In this document: one piece after another, positions 59,708 to 64,000 of the stretch
Position numbering within the stretch: the stretch's first letter is position 1
How the letters are laid out: every line of letters starts with the position of its first letter
Origin: Octopus vulgaris
Lineage: Eukaryota
NCBI GenBank assembly: GCA_951406725.2
Contig: OX597821.1
Location: 20,212,001 to 20,276,000 of the forward strand
Length of the DNA: 64,000 nt
Reading direction: 5' to 3'
Translations under genes and position numbers: made by a program
The notes under the pieces: model-generated
Databases searched by the model: none
Told to the model about the DNA's origin: nothing
The model's input: only the letters and a program-made list of their open reading frames with translations

Positions 59708-60219
59708 GTAAGCGAGCTACTTATCACACAGCCACTCTTGCACCTTATTGATAATATATTAAATATAATATAACTCCACTGTAATAATGCGTTCCTTGAT
59801 AACTTATCAATATAATGTATTATTACTTGCGCATTAAATTGATAACAACTGTATTCTGTACACATATTAACACTAATCCATTTTATCCCTTCTTCCTCAT
59901 TGCTCATCATTTTGTAATTTAATATTGATCTACAGGGCACGTCCCACTTGATTCAATTTTAGAAAATGTGTAAACTTGGACAACATTATTAAATCCCAAA
60001 CACTTTTCGATATGCCTCATTTCCACGAATTGCCAATTATAATCCCTAACTGAGGAATACTATCTTACATGTTATGTTATATGCTGAGAGCAGAAAGTTA
60101 TAATTAATCTACCTTTACAATTATATCAGGCTTGCTTCATTCCTTCCATAGGCATTCATAAGCATTTCATTATACTGATGGGAAATCCCATTTTACAAAT
60201 AAGCATCAATGTAAGTGCT

Positions 60220-61489
60220 ATATTTATCCAGGTCCACTACGACACACCATGTCATCACATATTACACATATTAATAACCTGTTACTATTACAAATCATAG
60301 ATTATAATTATTTTTGAATATTTAATTTATCTGAATTATAAATAATTCAGATTCCCAAACAATCAATATCTGATTATAATTTGGTAAATATCAGAGCATT
60401 CATTAAAATTTTCTATAAGTGTCCTTAATCAGATTCTCAACATTGCTTTTCATTAAATACTCGCATCAAATCTTAACAGCTTTCATCAAATACCATATTC
60501 ATCACAAATCTATTGAAACATATATTATCTTACACAAAAATAGCAATCCTAATATTGTTTCAAAATAATGCACCCGTCATGGCAGTGTGGTAAGAAGCTC
60601 GATTCACAACCACATGATTTAGCGTTCAGTCCCACTGCGTGGCACTTTCGGCAAAAATCCTCTACTATTGCCGTTGGCCGACCAAAGCCTTGTGAGTAGA
60701 TTTGATAGACGGGAACTGGAAATAGGCTATCGTGTGCGCATGTGTATATGTAAGTGTGTGTGTGTGTGTGTGTGTGTGCTGATGTGCTTATGTACCCTCA
60801 ACTAGGCGGTTCGGCAAAGGAGACCAAGAGAATAAGTGCCAGGTTTTAAAACATAAGTCCTAGATATTACTCCAGCATCGCCGCAGGCTAATGACTGAAA
60901 CAAGTAAAAGATAAAAGATGCACCGAAGTTTCAAAGAAGGGATATAAACTGATCCCAGTGCATACCTGATCCTATAATTTATTGAAACAAAAAGGAAGAA
61001 TGGCACTGTTGACACAGATAGGATGTGAAATCAGAATTTACATACATAAAAAAATACCACCAGGTTTTTATTCCGATTCGACCAATAAACCATTTTAAAA
61101 AATGATACTAAATCCCTCAATTAATTAACAACCTTTCTTAATAATTCTATTTTAGTTTATTTCATAATCTAATACATAAACACTAAAGATAATAACCCAA
61201 ATGTTTCCTGTCAATATTTTATGTTGTAAAATTTATTTGGTCATCAAATTGAGTATAAAATATTTGTTTCTTTTGTTACTTCATTTTTCTCTCCTATATG
61301 GTAGAATCTGATAGTTTATGCAAAACCAGAAGTACATCCTATTTTCAACCACTATAATTAAACTTGTCTTTGCAGAAAATACTTACACTCATTAAGACGG
61401 GCACGAACATAATTGCAACTAAAATGTTATTATCAAACTAAAATGATAGCGTTATATACATGAATAAACATAATATATACATGCATACA

Positions 61490-61572
<83 letters not shown>

Positions 61573-61678
61573 AATATTTATCCAGGTCCACTACGACACG
61601 TCATGTCATCATATATTGCATATATTAATAACCTGTTACTATTACAAATCATAGATTATAATTATGTTTGAATATTTA

Positions 61679-61680
<2 letters not shown>
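60220..61680 (+). repeat. 107-bp local dispersed duplication (60220-60326 and 61574-61680)
   Basis: atatttatccaggtccactacgacac..gaatatttaat is present twice with a few substitutions. Confidence 0.9.
60575..60920 (+). mobile_element. Family-3 SINE
   Basis: tggcagtgtggtaagaagc..gttcagtcccactgcgtggcac..gactgaaacaagtaaaagataaaaga. Confidence 0.8.
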
Positions 61681-61719
<39 letters not shown>

Positions 61720-61775
61720 CATGCGCGCGTGTGTATGTGTTTGTCCCCCACCGTCACTGATACTGCTGGATATTT

Positions 61776-61864
<89 letters not shown>

Positions 61865-62478
61865 TCATGCGTATGTATGTGTGTATATATATCCAACAGT
61901 ATCAGTGCAATGCAGTGTCTAGGTATAAACGAATTTTAGGTTTGTTAAAATATATTTCTGATGCATTTTAACTTCTAAAGGCAAATTCACTGCAATTATC
62001 ATTGAGGTAAAATGTGTACAAACATCCTATTTGCTCTCTATCACCCGCTGCCGTATGCATAAACGTGGAGTTTCTAGCTCTTTATCTTTTATCAATTGGA
62101 ATTATCGAACAGAGGTGGATCTTGACTGATTTGCAGTAGAATTGACGAAAATAGTAAAAGTTGTATGTAAAGAATATATATGGAAGTCCGAGACATTTTT
62201 GCACGATGTTTCTGCTTTCAATAAAATTGCGCTGGCCAATCTTCAAATGTGTTTATGAATATGTTTGCTTGTACATTATTCTTCTACTTAATTTATTTTA
62301 TTTTCTTGAATAATCTGCAACGTTTGATTTATGGTGACGATCCGGGACTTTTCTGATACTTATGAAGTATACACGTTCTACATAAAATTTTTAAATTCTT
62401 TGTTTTCTAGTGTAAATTAACCAAAGAAAGATACAGACTACCCAAAGTGCATACACTCACAGACACACGCCCACATAC

Positions 62479-62547
<69 letters not shown>

Positions 62548-62555
62548 CATCTCTA

Positions 62556-63658
62556 TCTAACTCTCTGCAATGGGTGTGAGGGATGACCTTTTTAACTGGT
62601 TGAAATCCTTCATCCTCAGCCGAAAGGAGGTAGTCACAGTTCTAGGACAGCACTCTACACCATATGAGATGTCATCGGGTGTACCACAGGGATCTGTCCT
62701 TGGTCCCCTCTTGTTTGTGGCATACATTAATGTCATAGATGCCAATTTAAAGAATGCCACAGTATTGAAATATGCAGACGACATCAAGCTGTACCTTGAA
62801 ATCAAGAGGACAGATCTTGATGTCTACAACTCTTTCCTGCAATCAGACTTAGACACAATGCAGCAATGGATCACAGACTGGCAACTGAAACTGGCTGTGG
62901 ACAAGTGTACCACCATGCATTTTGGGAGAAAAAACCCTGCGTCCACATACTCCCTCCACAACACTGATATCAAGAAATCCTCTTGCGAGCGTGACCTAGG
63001 TATCACTGTCAGCAGTGATTTGCGTTGGACAAAGCATATCTCTAAAATTGTCAAGAAGCCCGAGGGTGTCTTGGCATCACTCAGCAAGACTTTTGTTAGC
63101 CGCTCTCCAGCCATCTATTTAAAACTGTATACAGCTATGGTACGACCACACTTGGAATTCGCATCATCAGTTTGGAACCCCTATCTTGCTCAGAACATTG
63201 ACCTCCTGGAATCTGTCCAGAGACGTGCAACCAAACGCATACCCTCCATCAGACACCTACCATATTCTGAGCGCCTTGTTTCCCTGGGCATGGATTCACG
63301 GAAGCTCCGGCGTCTGGCGACGGACTTGGTAAACACCCGCAAAGTTATCAACCACCTCACCAACAACAACACTGAACACCTTTTTGATCTCCATGTGTCT
63401 AACACACGTGGACATGCCTACAAAGTCAGAAAACAACACAGCTCCCATGACTTTCGGAAACATTTTTTCACGCTCAGAGTTGCTGAAGCATGGAATAAAC
63501 TGCCTGCGTCAGTTGTTGACTGCCATGACACTGCATCCTTTAAGCCCTCATGCTTTCCGAAATCCGCCGAAACTACACCTGATTATATATACACTTTAGA
63601 TGAGTCGTAGTGCACCTGAGCACTGTACACAATGATTATTATTATTATTATTATTATT
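62556..63658 (+). mobile_element. CR1-group LINE, 5'-truncated (RT C-half ORF 62570-63610)
   Basis: SGVPQGSVLGPLLF, YADD, VRPHLEFASSVWNP, TRGH and FFTLRV..WNKLP; (ATT)n tail; 5' junction in (TCTA)n. Confidence 0.9.
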
Positions 63659-63805
63659 AGACATGCTCACTTCCCGAGACATGCTCACTTCCCGAGCATC
63701 AAACTAATACACTAGTTTAACTCTCGGTAAGTGAAAAAGTTGTTTTACGTTTCCAGCCTACGCTCTTCAACATATATAAATAGATATGTATAGATAGATA
63801 GATAT

Positions 63806-63869
<64 letters not shown>

Positions 63870-63883
63870 ATAGACAGACAGAC

Positions 63884-63966
<83 letters not shown>

Positions 63967-64000
63967 CAGACAGATAGATATGTGGGCGTGTGTATGTGAG

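Larger units (their letters stand above)
57085..59745 (-). mobile_element. Family-3 SINE split by two nested insertions
   Basis: Body and tail at 57085-57698 and head remainder at 59708-59745; together they align to 42833-43243. Confidence 0.8.

Noticed and set aside
63659-63696. 18-bp tandem duplication after the CR1 tail
   Set aside because: It is not matched at the CR1 5' junction, so it is not a TSD; a minor local duplication.

Overview
Eukaryotic, AT-rich, microsatellite-saturated non-genic (intergenic or intronic) DNA. The SINE, LINE and microsatellite repertoire looks like an octopus/coleoid genome, which is an inference from repeat style only. No host protein-coding gene or true RNA gene is supported, and most listed ORFs are translations of (TA)n, (CA)n, (TAA)n, (GAA)n or (TAGA)n tracts. 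Real coding remnants all derive from transposons: a cluster of R4/Dong-clade RT-RLE retrotransposons tied to (TAA)n, with one uninterrupted 598-aa ORF at 38015-39811; a CR1-like RT; a Penelope RT; an RTE element with a twin-priming-type inversion; a DD37D mariner remnant; and a 2.0-kb ORF1-only zinc-knuckle element with a 15-bp TSD inside a SINE. Many tRNA-derived SINEs are also present. The most notable hidden layer is a set of minimal type-I hammerhead-ribozyme-like folds. They occur in a 418-bp direct-repeat-bounded unit, in a perfect 275-bp palindrome, behind decayed GIY-YIG-like tails, and at the 3' end of a tRNA-headed SINE. All motif and fold calls were made by eye.
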